Origin: Pseudomonadota bacterium
Lineage (GTDB): Bacteria; Campylobacterota; Campylobacteria; Campylobacterales; Sulfurimonadaceae
Reading direction: 5' to 3'
NCBI GenBank assembly: GCA_043797085.1
Contig: JAZDQA010000011.1
Coordinates: forward strand, 32,001-96,000
DNA: 64,000 nt
The translations under genes were made by a program, and so were the position numbers. The notes below the pieces were generated by a model. That model was given only the letters and a program-made list of their open reading frames with translations. It searched no databases and was not told the origin of the DNA. Of the stretch, positions 21,179 through 31,605 are shown piece after piece. The stretch's first letter is position 1. The number at the start of each line of letters is the position of its first letter.

Positions 21179-22137
21179 AACGATTTGATATAGTAACCCT
21201 AGAATCCCCCAACCGAGCACCTTTAAGAATTGAAGGCTTTTTATTTGGTGAAGAAAATACGAAAGGTCCTTCTATCGCAATCGTCGGTGCTATGAGCGGT
21301 GATCATATCAATCAGCTTTATGTTGCATCCGGATTGGTTGAGTATTTGCGTATCAAAGAAGAAGAGGGGAAGATTAGCGGACGAATTCTCGTTATCCCTG
21401 CCGTCAATGCCTATGCTCTTAATATGGGAGAAAAAAACTGGCCACTCGATAAAACAGATCTCAATATGATGTTTCCCGGATATGCGCAGGGTGAAACGAC
21501 TCAGCGCATTGCATCACGGCTTTTTGATGAGCTCAAAGGGTATGATTACGGAATTATTTTAGAAGGTCGTCGTGATCAGGGGATGTGTCTCCCATACGTC
21601 AAGCTCATTCAAAGTGGTTATGAAGATTTAGAGTGTGTCAAAGATTTGGGGATGGGTTTTGTCCATTATCGTCCTCATGAACCTATTGAAACGGCTATGC
21701 TTCAGTATAACTGGCAATTGTGGGAAACGAAAGCTTTTTCGATTGTTTTTGGTAAAAATGGATCCATTGATCAAAATGATACGGATCAAGTTCATACCGC
21801 AATTGTGAGATTTCTGTCAAAACGTGATATCCTTGATTTTCATGTTTTTGAAGGACATAAAAGTAATATTCTGGATCCTAATCGTATAACAATAGTCAAA
21901 GCATCACGTGCAGGAATTTTTATTTCCAAAGTGCATTGCGGTTCATCCATTAAAAAAGGTGAAGTTGTAGGGGTGATTATGGACGCATTGAGCGGCAAAA
22001 AACTCGAAAAAATGCTTTCGCCTTGTGAGGGGATTGTTACGTGCCAATATTCTCATCCACTTATTTTTCAAAATTCGATTGCTTTTCGAATTGCATCCGT
22101 AGAATTGTGTTGTCAAATCGACACTAAACGGGAATAG
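21175..22137 (+). CDS. M14-family paralog with degenerate active site
   Basis: Aligns with the upstream gene (DLNMMFPG) but HGDE is replaced by SGDH and DIH by ILE. Confidence 0.75.
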   Translation: MKRFDIVTLESPNRAPLRIEGFLFGEENTKGPSIAIVGAMSGDHINQLYVASGLVEYLRIKEEEGKISGRILVIPAVNAYALNMGEKNWPLDKTDLNMMFPGYAQGETTQRIASRLFDELKGYDYGIILEGRRDQGMCLPYVKLIQSGYEDLECVKDLGMGFVHYRPHEPIETAMLQYNWQLWETKAFSIVFGKNGSIDQNDTDQVHTAIVRFLSKRDILDFHVFEGHKSNILDPNRITIVKASRAGIFISKVHCGSSIKKGEVVGVIMDALSGKKLEKMLSPCEGIVTCQYSHPLIFQNSIAFRIASVELCCQIDTKRE

Positions 22138-22225
22138 TAGTGGGAATATAAAAATTAAATTACATTTTCAGTTTAAGAATATAAAGTTATAATTTGACAC
22201 TTTTCTTTTTAAGGTGTTTTAATTA

Positions 22226-24247
22226 ATGAAAACATATACAACTTATAAACGTTTGATTGCAAAAACGGTGATTTTATCATTATTGGCAAGTTTGGCGATT
22301 GCATTCGTATATGGAATTTATATTAAACAGCGTGCCATTGATCAACTTGCACGAGTTGATGCTCGCAAAACAAGCCGTTTAGCTTTTGAAGCACTTTACT
22401 CTGCTATGGAAAAAGGGTGGAGCAAGAAAGAACTTGATTCAATTATTCTTCGTTTAAATCAAGTTGAGCCCAATATGCACATCAGTGCATATCGAAGTCC
22501 TGTTGTAGCAGAGCTGTTTGGCGATAGGAAGAAGGATAAACAAGTACGAGAACATGATCCGGTAGTTGCACGAGCAATGTTAGGTGAAGAGATTCTAAGC
22601 GGGGATGAAGAAATCCGTTACCTTTATCCTATTATTGTTAAGCAAGAATGTATTTCCTGTCATACCAATGCAAAAATAGGGGATGTTAACGGTGTTCTCG
22701 ATGTCCGTTTTCCTGTGGCAAATCTGAAAATATCTTTAACGACAATGGTTAATTCCTTTATTATCTTTTTTGTCTTTTTTACGATCCTTATCTTTGCTAT
22801 TTTGTATTTCAGGCTCAATACTTTGCTTGTGCAGCCGATTAATCAGTTTATTGGATTAATCCAAGAAATTATTAACAAAAATGATATGGCAAAGAGAGTC
22901 AGTCTCAAAACAAAAATACTTGAAGTTAAAAATATCGAAAATTTTTTCAATAAAATGCTCGACTCAATTCAAGACTATTATGAAAAGCTTCAAGAACTTT
23001 CGGATCGTGATTATCTTACGGGACTTTATAATCGTCGAAAATTTGAAGAGTTTCTTTCGTATGAGATTCTTCGCTCATTGCGTCATCACCATAAATTTAC
23101 AGTTATTATGATTGATTTAGATAATTTTAAATACATTAATGACACCTATGGTCATGCATCAGGGGATTTAGTACTTAAGGAAGTAACAGATATTTTCAAA
23201 CATAATCTTCGTAATGCTGATATTTTAGCTCGTTTGGGAGGTGATGAATTTGCTATTATTTTGCCAGAAACCCCCTACGAAAACGGTTATGTTGTGATTG
23301 AAAAACTTCGCTCACGTTTAGAGTCTTCTACAATTTCATTGATGATTGACCAAATATCACTGACAGCCAGTTTTGGAATTGCTGAATATCCAGATCAGGG
23401 GGAGAATATCGAGTCATTATTGACCGGATCAGATTTAGCAATGTATAAAGCTAAAAAATCGGGAAAAAATACCATCGCCCGTGCTGATCAAAATGATCAG
23501 GAAATTGCAGCAGAGATGCAGAAAAAAGGAGAATTTATCCGCCGTGCAATCGATGAAGATCGTATTGAGCCCTTTTTTCAACCCATATATGATATTCGTA
23601 CTAATAAGCTCTTCGGATATGAAGTACTCGCCCGTATACGTGACGGTCAGCGTTATATGGCAGCCGGACAATTTATAGAAATTGCGGAGAGTCTTGGATT
23701 GGCTTCAAGAATTGATCATATCGTATTAGCCAAAGGGCTTGAAGCAAGAGCAAGATTAACAATGTGGGACAAAAAATTCTTTTTTAATCTCTCAAGCCAT
23801 AGTCTTTTTACAGGAGATTATGTTTCAATAATTAAAGAACATTGCACACAAAATCCTCACGCAACCGTGGAAACGAATGTTGTAATTGAAATCTTAGAGA
23901 GGGAAGCAATTCATAATGTCAATGCTCTAATAACTATTATTGAAGAGACAAAAGAACAGGGAATAGGGTTTGCGCTGGATGATTTTGGCTCCGGCTTTTC
24001 ATCGTTTGTTTATTTGAAATATTTTGATACCAATTATGTCAAAATTGATGGCGAATTTGTCAAAAATATTGTCGTTAACGAGAAAGACCGTATTTTTGTC
24101 AAGCATATCAATCAAATTTCACAGGAGTTTGGTAAAGAGACGATTGCTGAATATGTAGAGGATGAAGAGACATTAATGGTACTCAAGGAGCTTGGAGTCA
24201 ACTATGCGCAAGGATATTACCTCGGAAAACCGAACCAGTTGAGCTAA
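22226..24247 (+). CDS. membrane GGDEF-EAL protein with periplasmic CxxCH sensor domain
   Basis: Two TM helices, CISCH, DYLTGLYNRR, GGDEF, EVL, ALDDFGSG, KIDGEF, QGY. Confidence 0.9.
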   Translation: MKTYTTYKRLIAKTVILSLLASLAIAFVYGIYIKQRAIDQLARVDARKTSRLAFEALYSAMEKGWSKKELDSIILRLNQVEPNMHISAYRSPVVAELFGDRKKDKQVREHDPVVARAMLGEEILSGDEEIRYLYPIIVKQECISCHTNAKIGDVNGVLDVRFPVANLKISLTTMVNSFIIFFVFFTILIFAILYFRLNTLLVQPINQFIGLIQEIINKNDMAKRVSLKTKILEVKNIENFFNKMLDSIQDYYEKLQELSDRDYLTGLYNRRKFEEFLSYEILRSLRHHHKFTVIMIDLDNFKYINDTYGHASGDLVLKEVTDIFKHNLRNADILARLGGDEFAIILPETPYENGYVVIEKLRSRLESSTISLMIDQISLTASFGIAEYPDQGENIESLLTGSDLAMYKAKKSGKNTIARADQNDQEIAAEMQKKGEFIRRAIDEDRIEPFFQPIYDIRTNKLFGYEVLARIRDGQRYMAAGQFIEIAESLGLASRIDHIVLAKGLEARARLTMWDKKFFFNLSSHSLFTGDYVSIIKEHCTQNPHATVETNVVIEILEREAIHNVNALITIIEETKEQGIGFALDDFGSGFSSFVYLKYFDTNYVKIDGEFVKNIVVNEKDRIFVKHINQISQEFGKETIAEYVEDEETLMVLKELGVNYAQGYYLGKPNQLS

Positions 24248-24249
24248 GG

Positions 24250-24693
24250 TTAGCTCAATAGTTTTTTAGCACACTCGTTGATTCGTTTTCCATCGGCTTG
24301 AGCTCCAAGTGTTTTAGAAGCGGCACCCATTATTTTTCCAATTTCTTTTATTGAAGCGGCACCTACTTCGGTGATGATAGCACGCAGTGCACTTTCTAAT
24401 TCGTCATCACTGAGCTGCTTGGGTAAGTATGCTTCAAAAATCAGTGCTTCGGATGCCTCTTGCTCATACAAATCATCCCGTCCTGCACTTTTGTACTGTG
24501 TCATTGCGTCGTAACGCTGCTTGACTTGTTTTTGAATGATTTTGATAACATCCTCATCCGTTAGTTCTTTACGCTCATCGATTTCAATTTGTTTCATAGC
24601 GCTGCTTAGAAGACGCAATGCGTCACGAACAGCATTCTCTTTTGCTTTCATCGCGGTTTTAATATCGTTGTTAATTTGTTCTCGTAATGACAT
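24250..24693 (-). CDS. GatB/YqeY domain protein
   Basis: MSLREQI..D.KTAMKAK, K.VKQR, YLPKQLS. Confidence 0.9.
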   Translation of the reverse strand: MSLREQINNDIKTAMKAKENAVRDALRLLSSAMKQIEIDERKELTDEDVIKIIQKQVKQRYDAMTQYKSAGRDDLYEQEASEALIFEAYLPKQLSDDELESALRAIITEVGAASIKEIGKIMGAASKTLGAQADGKRINECAKKLLS

Positions 24694-24750
24694 AGGTACC
24701 CTTTGGAACTATTTTTGCTTATTATAGCTAAATAATCATCGGGATGGGCT

Positions 24751-25467
24751 ATGCGATTATCACTCTATTTTTCAGTATTAGCGGCGTCATTGTTACTTAG
24801 TGGATGTACTGCCAAGCTCACAGAACCTGAAATCACGTTTACTCCTCCGAAATATGTTGAAGAGATGCCCTCACGTGAAGAGGAGAGCAGTTTTACTTCT
24901 CAGGGAAGTTTGTTCGGGCAGGGTGACAGTCCTCTTTTTTCGGATCATAAAGCGATGCATGTTAATGATATTGTTACCGTCGTAATCTCAGAAACAGCCA
25001 CGAGCTCAAATAAAGCAAGTAAAGCATTAAGTGAAGCGGATGCACTTGGGCTGGGCGGTGGTGCTTTTACCTCTGTAGGGCAAAATTCAGCAGTTAATGC
25101 TGCAGTTGGAAAGCTCAACGGAGCGGCTAATATTGGATTTACGGGTGGGTCAACATCCAGTTATAGCGGATCCGGTGCTGCAACTAAAAATGCTTCATTT
25201 ACAACGACCGTATCGGCACGTATTGTAAAAGTAATGTCCAACGGGAATTATTTTATTGTAGGACGTCGAGAAATCATGGTTGATGATCAGAAACAAGTTA
25301 TGCAACTAAGCGGAGTGATCCGTCCTTATGATATTGATCAAAATAATCAAATTAATTCTGCAAAAGTTTCGGATGCCAAAATACTGTATGCAAATGAAGG
25401 TGATGTAGACCGCTCAGTTAACCGAGGCTGGGGAAGCAAGCTTATCGAAACCATTTGGCCGTTTTGA
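24751..25467 (+). CDS. flgH: flagellar L-ring lipoprotein
   Basis: Lipobox LLSGC, LFSDHKA..V.DIVTV, SGVIRPYDI, C-terminal WPF. Confidence 0.92.
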   Translation: MRLSLYFSVLAASLLLSGCTAKLTEPEITFTPPKYVEEMPSREEESSFTSQGSLFGQGDSPLFSDHKAMHVNDIVTVVISETATSSNKASKALSEADALGLGGGAFTSVGQNSAVNAAVGKLNGAANIGFTGGSTSSYSGSGAATKNASFTTTVSARIVKVMSNGNYFIVGRREIMVDDQKQVMQLSGVIRPYDIDQNNQINSAKVSDAKILYANEGDVDRSVNRGWGSKLIETIWPF

Positions 25468-25491
25468 TTGTATTTGAACGGAAGTGATTTT

Positions 25492-26709
25492 TTACCTAAT
25501 CACTTGCAGTGGATCGATATGGGCATTGCGTTGGGTTACTTGGAACATAAGTTCACGACCTACGCGTCCGATGATAGAGCCTTGTTTTAGGCGCTGACCT
25601 ACTACTACGGTGGGAGCGATTTTATCAAGGTGCGCATAGATGGTATGAAGTCCGTTATCGTGTTCGATGATAATAACGTTTTCAAGCATGGCGGTAGGTT
25701 TAGCAAGAATAACCTTACCGTTTAGAATGGCTTTAACTTTTGCATCCGAATCGGTTGGACGCAGTGAAACGGATTCATTGTATATTTTTATGCCATACAC
25801 GGGATCTGTATAGGGACCAAAACGTTTGGTAACGACATATCCATCAAGAGGCGCGATGGTGCGTTCACCGCTGTACGCTGCAGTATTTGAGGGTTGATAC
25901 TTAGAGATAGCTTCTCTGGCTCCTGCCGGTAGAGGTTTTGAGCCAGGTTTTTGAACGACAAGCGCAGGAGGAGCTTTTTTCGGCTTCATTGCCTCACGCT
26001 TGATGATATTCAAACTTGCGAGAGTATTTTGAAGCGAACGCTGTTGGTTTAGGATGTGACCAAGAGAGCGTTTGTACTCATTTTTTTCTTTTTCCAAGAG
26101 GGCAATGGCTTTTTCATTTTCTTGTTTGGTTGCGATGACCGTTTGTTTTTGCTTGTCAATAACGGCAATGGATTGCTTTAAGACGGTTGTTTGACTGGAA
26201 AGAGAAGAGATTTTTTCGGCATTTTCACCAAAAATAAAATTGAGCTCTTTGATTTCAGAATTGATTTGTTTGAGATGCAGCTTGAGTGCTTCTTCTGTGA
26301 TAATCGTATTGGCTTCTTTGGCGCGATCATCATTGATGAGTAAGGATATAGAAGTATTTCGAGCAATGGCAAAGACAAGCTTTTGTTCAATCTCATTTTG
26401 TGTTTTTACTAAGAGATCTTGTTGGGTTTGCAGCCCGTGAAGGCTTTGTTTGTTCGATTGATAAACATTTTCTTTACTTTGCAGTTCGTTTACGAGGGTG
26501 TTGATACGCTGTTGCTGCGCTCCAACTATTTGGCGTTGAAGGATAATTTTATTGGCAGTTGCTGCGAGTTTCGCATTGAGTGAGGTATAGGTTTGCTTGG
26601 TCTCGCTTAACTTAGATGCAGTTGTTTTGATCCGTTCATCGATTTTAGCCCCGTTGAGAGAGAGCGCTAAAAAAGAGGCAAGAATAAGAGAACTAGAGAA
26701 ACGAACCAT
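25492..26709 (-). CDS. EnvC-like murein hydrolase activator (coiled coil plus M23 domain)
   Basis: Long coiled coil, C-terminal TIYAHL; downstream of ftsEX. Confidence 0.85.
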   Translation of the reverse strand: MVRFSSSLILASFLALSLNGAKIDERIKTTASKLSETKQTYTSLNAKLAATANKIILQRQIVGAQQQRINTLVNELQSKENVYQSNKQSLHGLQTQQDLLVKTQNEIEQKLVFAIARNTSISLLINDDRAKEANTIITEEALKLHLKQINSEIKELNFIFGENAEKISSLSSQTTVLKQSIAVIDKQKQTVIATKQENEKAIALLEKEKNEYKRSLGHILNQQRSLQNTLASLNIIKREAMKPKKAPPALVVQKPGSKPLPAGAREAISKYQPSNTAAYSGERTIAPLDGYVVTKRFGPYTDPVYGIKIYNESVSLRPTDSDAKVKAILNGKVILAKPTAMLENVIIIEHDNGLHTIYAHLDKIAPTVVVGQRLKQGSIIGRVGRELMFQVTQRNAHIDPLQVIR

Positions 26710-27540
26710 TTATTCTTCTTCGCTGTTAAACATAACGATGGTAAACGTAAGGACTATTGAAATTCCAAGTGAAATAGCTAATGAGCGCAGTGAATCATGT
26801 ACAAAATTAAAAAGTTCAACACTTATTCCTATCTCTTTGAGAGGCAGTGCTAAAATAGCATAGTAATCAATGATAAAAAATGCTAAACACAAAATCATCG
26901 TTGCAATAATGGCATCCACGATAGCAAGACGGAAAAGCACAGCAGAACGAAGCCAAACCGGTGCTCCAAAAAGTGCCATGATGTTCATTCGCTCTGCATG
27001 CTGAAACTGCCACAGACGCATCTCTTTTAGGATGAGCAATGAGGTTACAGCAGCAATAGCAATAGAGAAAACTTGAACGACATCTTTGAAAAGAATCATC
27101 AGTTTGTAGACGGTATCGTGTGTTTGAGAAAATCCCTCTACCCGCTCAATGGCACTGTTCTTTTGAAGCTTTTTCTGAAGAGTATTGATCTCCTTTGGAG
27201 TTGGAAAACGATTAAGATAGATACGATAAAACTTAGGTAAAGTAAGTTTTAAGAGAGCAAGATTTTTTTCGCTCATCTCTCCTTTTAGTCTTTCTAAAAC
27301 TTGTGAAGTGCTAATAGGTTCACTTCGCTCGATCATCGAACTCATGTTTTTAAATTCTTCCGGCGTAAAGGCTTTGTTGGCAACAACAATAACAGAATAA
27401 TCGTTTTTTAGGTGAGATTCGTATGCTGCGATTGTGCGATCAACGGCTACGTAAATTTGAACAGATGCTAGAACTGTGAAAAGGGCGATGATGAGAGAAA
27501 TGTGATTTTTAAGGGATTTCATTGATGTTTCCAAACTCAA
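26710..27540 (-). CDS. ftsX: cell division permease FtsX
   Basis: Four-TM topology, IMALFGA motif, adjacent to ftsE. Confidence 0.85.
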   Translation of the reverse strand: MSLETSMKSLKNHISLIIALFTVLASVQIYVAVDRTIAAYESHLKNDYSVIVVANKAFTPEEFKNMSSMIERSEPISTSQVLERLKGEMSEKNLALLKLTLPKFYRIYLNRFPTPKEINTLQKKLQKNSAIERVEGFSQTHDTVYKLMILFKDVVQVFSIAIAAVTSLLILKEMRLWQFQHAERMNIMALFGAPVWLRSAVLFRLAIVDAIIATMILCLAFFIIDYYAILALPLKEIGISVELFNFVHDSLRSLAISLGISIVLTFTIVMFNSEEE

Positions 27541-28195
27541 TATGATAATGTTTATAGGGGACTTTTAGCCCCTCTGGAATGTGGTGCGTCACGACAACGA
27601 CGGTTGTTTTCAGCTGGGTATTTGCCCCTTCAAGAAGACTCCAGATTACTGAGGACGAGTAGTCATCGAGGTTACCTGTGGGTTCATCGGCGAGAATAAG
27701 AATAGGGTTGTGCGCAAGAGCCCGCGCCATAGCAACACGTTGCTGCTCTCCCCCACTAAGCTCAGGAGGGTATTTCCCTGCTTGATGGGTTAGTTTTACG
27801 TGACCCAAAAGTTTTTGTACTTGAGCGCCGCTTACATCACCGGTATAACCCGAAATGATGAGGGGAAGCATCACGTTTTTTTCAATCGTCCATTCGTTAA
27901 TGAGCTTATAGTCTTGGAAGACGATACCGATGTGACGACGTAAGAAATTAAGCTTTGAGGTGCTGATACGGTTCATCTTCACCCCTCCGACACTTAAGTT
28001 TCCTTGACGCGGTTCAATGGCACCGTAAAACGATTTAAGGAGTGTTGATTTACCGCTGCCACTTGCACCGGTAATAAAGACAAAGCTTCCGGAATCAATA
28101 CTGAAAGAGGCTTTTGAGATGATGGTTTCAAACTCTTTATACGAGAGTGAAAGGTTTTCGGCAACTATTACTTTATCCATGGAGTAGCTCGTCAA
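27509..28195 (-). CDS. ftsE: cell division ATPase FtsE
   Basis: [40 protein letters not shown]. Confidence 0.9.
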   Translation of the reverse strand: MTSYSMDKVIVAENLSLSYKEFETIISKASFSIDSGSFVFITGASGSGKSTLLKSFYGAIEPRQGNLSVGGVKMNRISTSKLNFLRRHIGIVFQDYKLINEWTIEKNVMLPLIISGYTGDVSGAQVQKLLGHVKLTHQAGKYPPELSGGEQQRVAMARALAHNPILILADEPTGNLDDYSSSVIWSLLEGANTQLKTTVVVVTHHIPEGLKVPYKHYHIEFGNINEIP

Positions 28196-29348
28196 GTAAG
28201 ATATGGGCTTTTAGGTTTGTGCTGGAACGGACGGGAACGGTTGGAAAATATCGGGCTTTTCCCTCTTTAACGATTAAATAAAGGTGTTCAGGTCGGTCAA
28301 AACTTCCCATTGCAAGTCGAATCATCCATCCTCCGTCGTGTATATCAAAACTAGCTTCTGCGTTTAAAAATCCCCATTCACGGCGATAAGTCTGACGCTC
28401 TATTTTCGGTAGTATAGCATCATTAATCGGTGTTTTAGAGAATATAAATTCTCCTTCGAGTCTTTTTTCAGGACTTTCTAAGTCGTTAATGAGAGTAACA
28501 TCATAAATATTTTTTTCCATCTTTTTCCAACGGTCTTCATATTTGCTGGTGATGGCAATCTCTTGATTTTTACGTACCTCAAAACTGACATGGAGCGGGT
28601 GCGAATAGGTTTCGAGTGCAAATCGATAGTAGTTTTCACTGTCTGTGCGCAGTTCAAGCCTTCCTTGTGGGGCTAATGCGCGAATCGCTTCCTCTACAAA
28701 CGCATCACCAATAACACGGCGGTGCGCTTTTTTGTCCCATGGAACAGGAAAGTGGACATAGATACGGTTCAAAGAATTGGATGGAACAAATTCTAAAAAA
28801 AGTCGGGCATCGTAATCCAAAATCATGATATTGGTCAAATTTTGGATGGTGATTTGTTTGAGCGCCTGTTCAATAGAGGGCTTATGAATCTCCAACCCGA
28901 TGAAAAGAACATCTGGATTGCTGATGGCTTGATGGAGCAGATGACGCGCTGATCCAAAACCCACTTCAAGACGTATTTCGCGTTCACGCGGGAAATCAGT
29001 AGCAAAAAAATCGACGGATTTTAGAGCATCGTGCTGTTTTAAGTGCACATTTTCACCTGCCGTATCGACATTGGAAGCTAAAATAGTGCTGCCAGAGTGA
29101 TTGGCATACGCGAGAAGGGCATGTTTGACCAAAAAATTTGGGCTTGGACGGGTGATTTTATCGCTTTTCAAAAGGTCTTTCTCACCGCTTTTTTTGTGCA
29201 GGATGAAAAATTCACGATCTTTATAGCGTGTTGCTATGAGTGTTTCTTTCCCTTCACCGCGAGAGAGAGCACTAAAGCCAAATGCTACATCCCCCTGTGA
29301 TGCAGGTAAGGAAACGTTACGAAATGAGTCTAAATGGAGATGCGGCAT
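28173..29348 (-). CDS. trmB: tRNA (guanine-N7)-methyltransferase
   Basis: LEVGFGS, GLEIH, HFPVPWDK, RTD, SKYE. Confidence 0.9.
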   Translation of the reverse strand: MPHLHLDSFRNVSLPASQGDVAFGFSALSRGEGKETLIATRYKDREFFILHKKSGEKDLLKSDKITRPSPNFLVKHALLAYANHSGSTILASNVDTAGENVHLKQHDALKSVDFFATDFPREREIRLEVGFGSARHLLHQAISNPDVLFIGLEIHKPSIEQALKQITIQNLTNIMILDYDARLFLEFVPSNSLNRIYVHFPVPWDKKAHRRVIGDAFVEEAIRALAPQGRLELRTDSENYYRFALETYSHPLHVSFEVRKNQEIAITSKYEDRWKKMEKNIYDVTLINDLESPEKRLEGEFIFSKTPINDAILPKIERQTYRREWGFLNAEASFDIHDGGWMIRLAMGSFDRPEHLYLIVKEGKARYFPTVPVRSSTNLKAHILLDELLHG

Positions 29349-29351
29349 AGG

Positions 29352-30623
29352 TTATTTTGTCTCAAAATAAAGTTCAATTCCCTGCGTAGGAAGAGAGCGG
29401 ATACCATCTTTGTCCACACCCATGACTTCGTATATATAGCCCGTATTGGCTTTAGTACCGGCATCATGAAATTTACTTCCTTTGATGTTGTTGATTTCCA
29501 CCGATTCACGCTTAATCCAGTTGATTTTAGTCGTTTTAATGACCGTATAGCTGACAATTCTCGGATCATCATTGGTCCATTGCAAATCAACGCCATTTGG
29601 ATAGATCTTACCGTCAAATGCGATAGGTGTATGGGGTTTTGCCAGACTCATCCCTTGGGTAACGAGTGCTCCCATTGGACTTTCTAAGCCATCTTTATCT
29701 ACTGCAGTAACCTTGTAATAAAAAGGTTCTCCGTCTTCTTTGGTCGTATCGGGAAAGGTTGTTTCTGTGAGTTTGACACGGTATGCATAGTTGCCGTTGG
29801 AGCTTGCGGCGCGATAAATGTTATAGTGACTCAAATCTTCCAAGGTACTTGCTTCCCATTTTAAGGCGATAGCTTTAGGCAAATTGGTAGTAGCAGTGAT
29901 ATTCTTTATTTCCGGAGGGAGTGGTTTTGTAACCAGTTTCGCTGTTTCACTTGGTTCTGTAGAGAGTTTGTCAAATGTAATCGCCCGTACGCGGTAATAA
30001 TAGACTTGACCGTCTTTGAGATCGGTATCAATGTACTCGGCGTTAAGACGTCCCTCTATGGTTTTAATCTCTGCCCATTTTTGATCGTTTACATTGAGTC
30101 TATCAATAATATAGCCGCTGATTCGTGTATTTGGATGCGGTCGCCAGAGTAGTTTTGCACTGCGAGGCATGTTGCCTACGGATTGAAAAAAGCTAATAGG
30201 CGCGATCATTGGCAACGTTGATACCGTCATCGTTTCACTGCCGTTAGATTCTCTGTTTTCTTTTCCGGTAGAGGTGAAACGATAGAGATATTGGGTATTA
30301 GGAGTTAATTTTTCATCAACATAATGCGTGGCAAATCGGCTGTTAATCGTGGCAATACGACTGAGTGTTTGATTGCTCTCAGCTGGGTTAGAGCGGTAAA
30401 TACTATAACCGCTAACGTCAGGATTACTAATCGCTTTCCACTCAAATGCTACGGTATTAATGTCTGATAATGACCCATTAAGAGAGGGTATAGGAAGTGT
30501 CGGATCGATAGTGATTTTGTTTTCAGGTGTTGGCTGTGGAGCACAGCCGCTAAAAAGACTAAGCGCTAAAGAGATGCTCAAAGCGTATTGAAGTGAACGT
30601 TGCATGCAATTCCTTTGGTTCAA
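29352..30623 (-). CDS. fibronectin type III domain lipoprotein
   Basis: Lipobox LFSGC; repeated W...GY.IYR...Y.YRV FN3 patterns. Confidence 0.85.
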   Translation of the reverse strand: MNQRNCMQRSLQYALSISLALSLFSGCAPQPTPENKITIDPTLPIPSLNGSLSDINTVAFEWKAISNPDVSGYSIYRSNPAESNQTLSRIATINSRFATHYVDEKLTPNTQYLYRFTSTGKENRESNGSETMTVSTLPMIAPISFFQSVGNMPRSAKLLWRPHPNTRISGYIIDRLNVNDQKWAEIKTIEGRLNAEYIDTDLKDGQVYYYRVRAITFDKLSTEPSETAKLVTKPLPPEIKNITATTNLPKAIALKWEASTLEDLSHYNIYRAASSNGNYAYRVKLTETTFPDTTKEDGEPFYYKVTAVDKDGLESPMGALVTQGMSLAKPHTPIAFDGKIYPNGVDLQWTNDDPRIVSYTVIKTTKINWIKRESVEINNIKGSKFHDAGTKANTGYIYEVMGVDKDGIRSLPTQGIELYFETK

Positions 30624-31527
30624 AATGTTTTTCTAAATAATCATCCATGACGGCATCCATAGGAGCCTTGAATGAGAGGGATTCACCGCTGGTCGGATGA
30701 ATCAAATACAGCATATAAGCGTGGAGCAAAATATGTTCCACCTTATTGTCTTTTTGGTGTGTTCCATAGAGATGGTCGCCAAGGATATGACGGCTGATGG
30801 ACTCCAAATGGACACGAATTTGATGGGTTCGTCCGGTGAAAAGTTTGCAGACAATAAGTTCACACGTAGCATCATGAGAAGGGAGTAATTTACGAAACAT
30901 TGTCTTGGCGTTTTTACCCGATTCGATAATCCCCATTTTGAGACGATTTTGGCTGCTGCGCCCGATTGGTTTATCGATGGTTGTCTCTTCTTCTTTGAGA
31001 GGAGGGGTGATGACAGCCAGATAATAGCGTCCCATTGTTTTGTCTTGAAGTTGGAGGGAAAGGGCTTCGTGTGCTTCATTATTTTTAGCAATGACCATCA
31101 CACCGCTAGTACCACGGTCAAGTCGGTGAACGATACCGTGACGCTCTTCACCGCTAAGCGTTGAGAGTGCAATTCCGCGTGTTTTGAGCCAATCGACAAG
31201 CGTTGGTTCTTTGACACTAGGGGCTGGATGGACTGTTAAGCCGCTTGGTTTGTTGATGACCATCATGTCATCGTCTTCAAATAAAACCTCGACATCAAAA
31301 TCGATAATATGAGCAGGGGTTGATTTCATTTTCGGAAAATAGACCGCTACACTTTGACCAACTTTAAGTTTAAGTCCTGCCTTCGCAGTCGCTTTGCCAT
31401 CGATAACGATTGCGTTTTGTTCGATAAGTTGAACAATCTGATTACGTGTTTGAGCCAGCATTGATGTTAAAAAAACATCCAAACGCATTGCTTCTTCAAC
31501 GATAAAGGTAATATTTTCGCGTTGCAT
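30559..31527 (-). CDS. rluD: RluD-type 23S rRNA pseudouridine synthase
   Basis: S4 domain RLDVFL, NKPSGLTVHP, GIVHRLDRGTSG, TGRTHQIRVH. Confidence 0.85.
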   Translation of the reverse strand: MQRENITFIVEEAMRLDVFLTSMLAQTRNQIVQLIEQNAIVIDGKATAKAGLKLKVGQSVAVYFPKMKSTPAHIIDFDVEVLFEDDDMMVINKPSGLTVHPAPSVKEPTLVDWLKTRGIALSTLSGEERHGIVHRLDRGTSGVMVIAKNNEAHEALSLQLQDKTMGRYYLAVITPPLKEEETTIDKPIGRSSQNRLKMGIIESGKNAKTMFRKLLPSHDATCELIVCKLFTGRTHQIRVHLESISRHILGDHLYGTHQKDNKVEHILLHAYMLYLIHPTSGESLSFKAPMDAVMDDYLEKHFEPKELHATFTSIRFEHLFSA

Positions 31528-31605
31528 CGATCTCCTTGGTGGAATAGTTGGGTTATGCTACAATTCAAGTGAACAAAAAATTTAATAATAAATGAGACAA
31601 TTCAA

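Noticed and set aside
25476..25487. GAACGGAAGTGA between flgH and the envC-like gene, resembling the VR2 hairpin core
   Set aside because: No outer closing pairs and no TR-like sequence nearby, so not evidence for a third DGR target.
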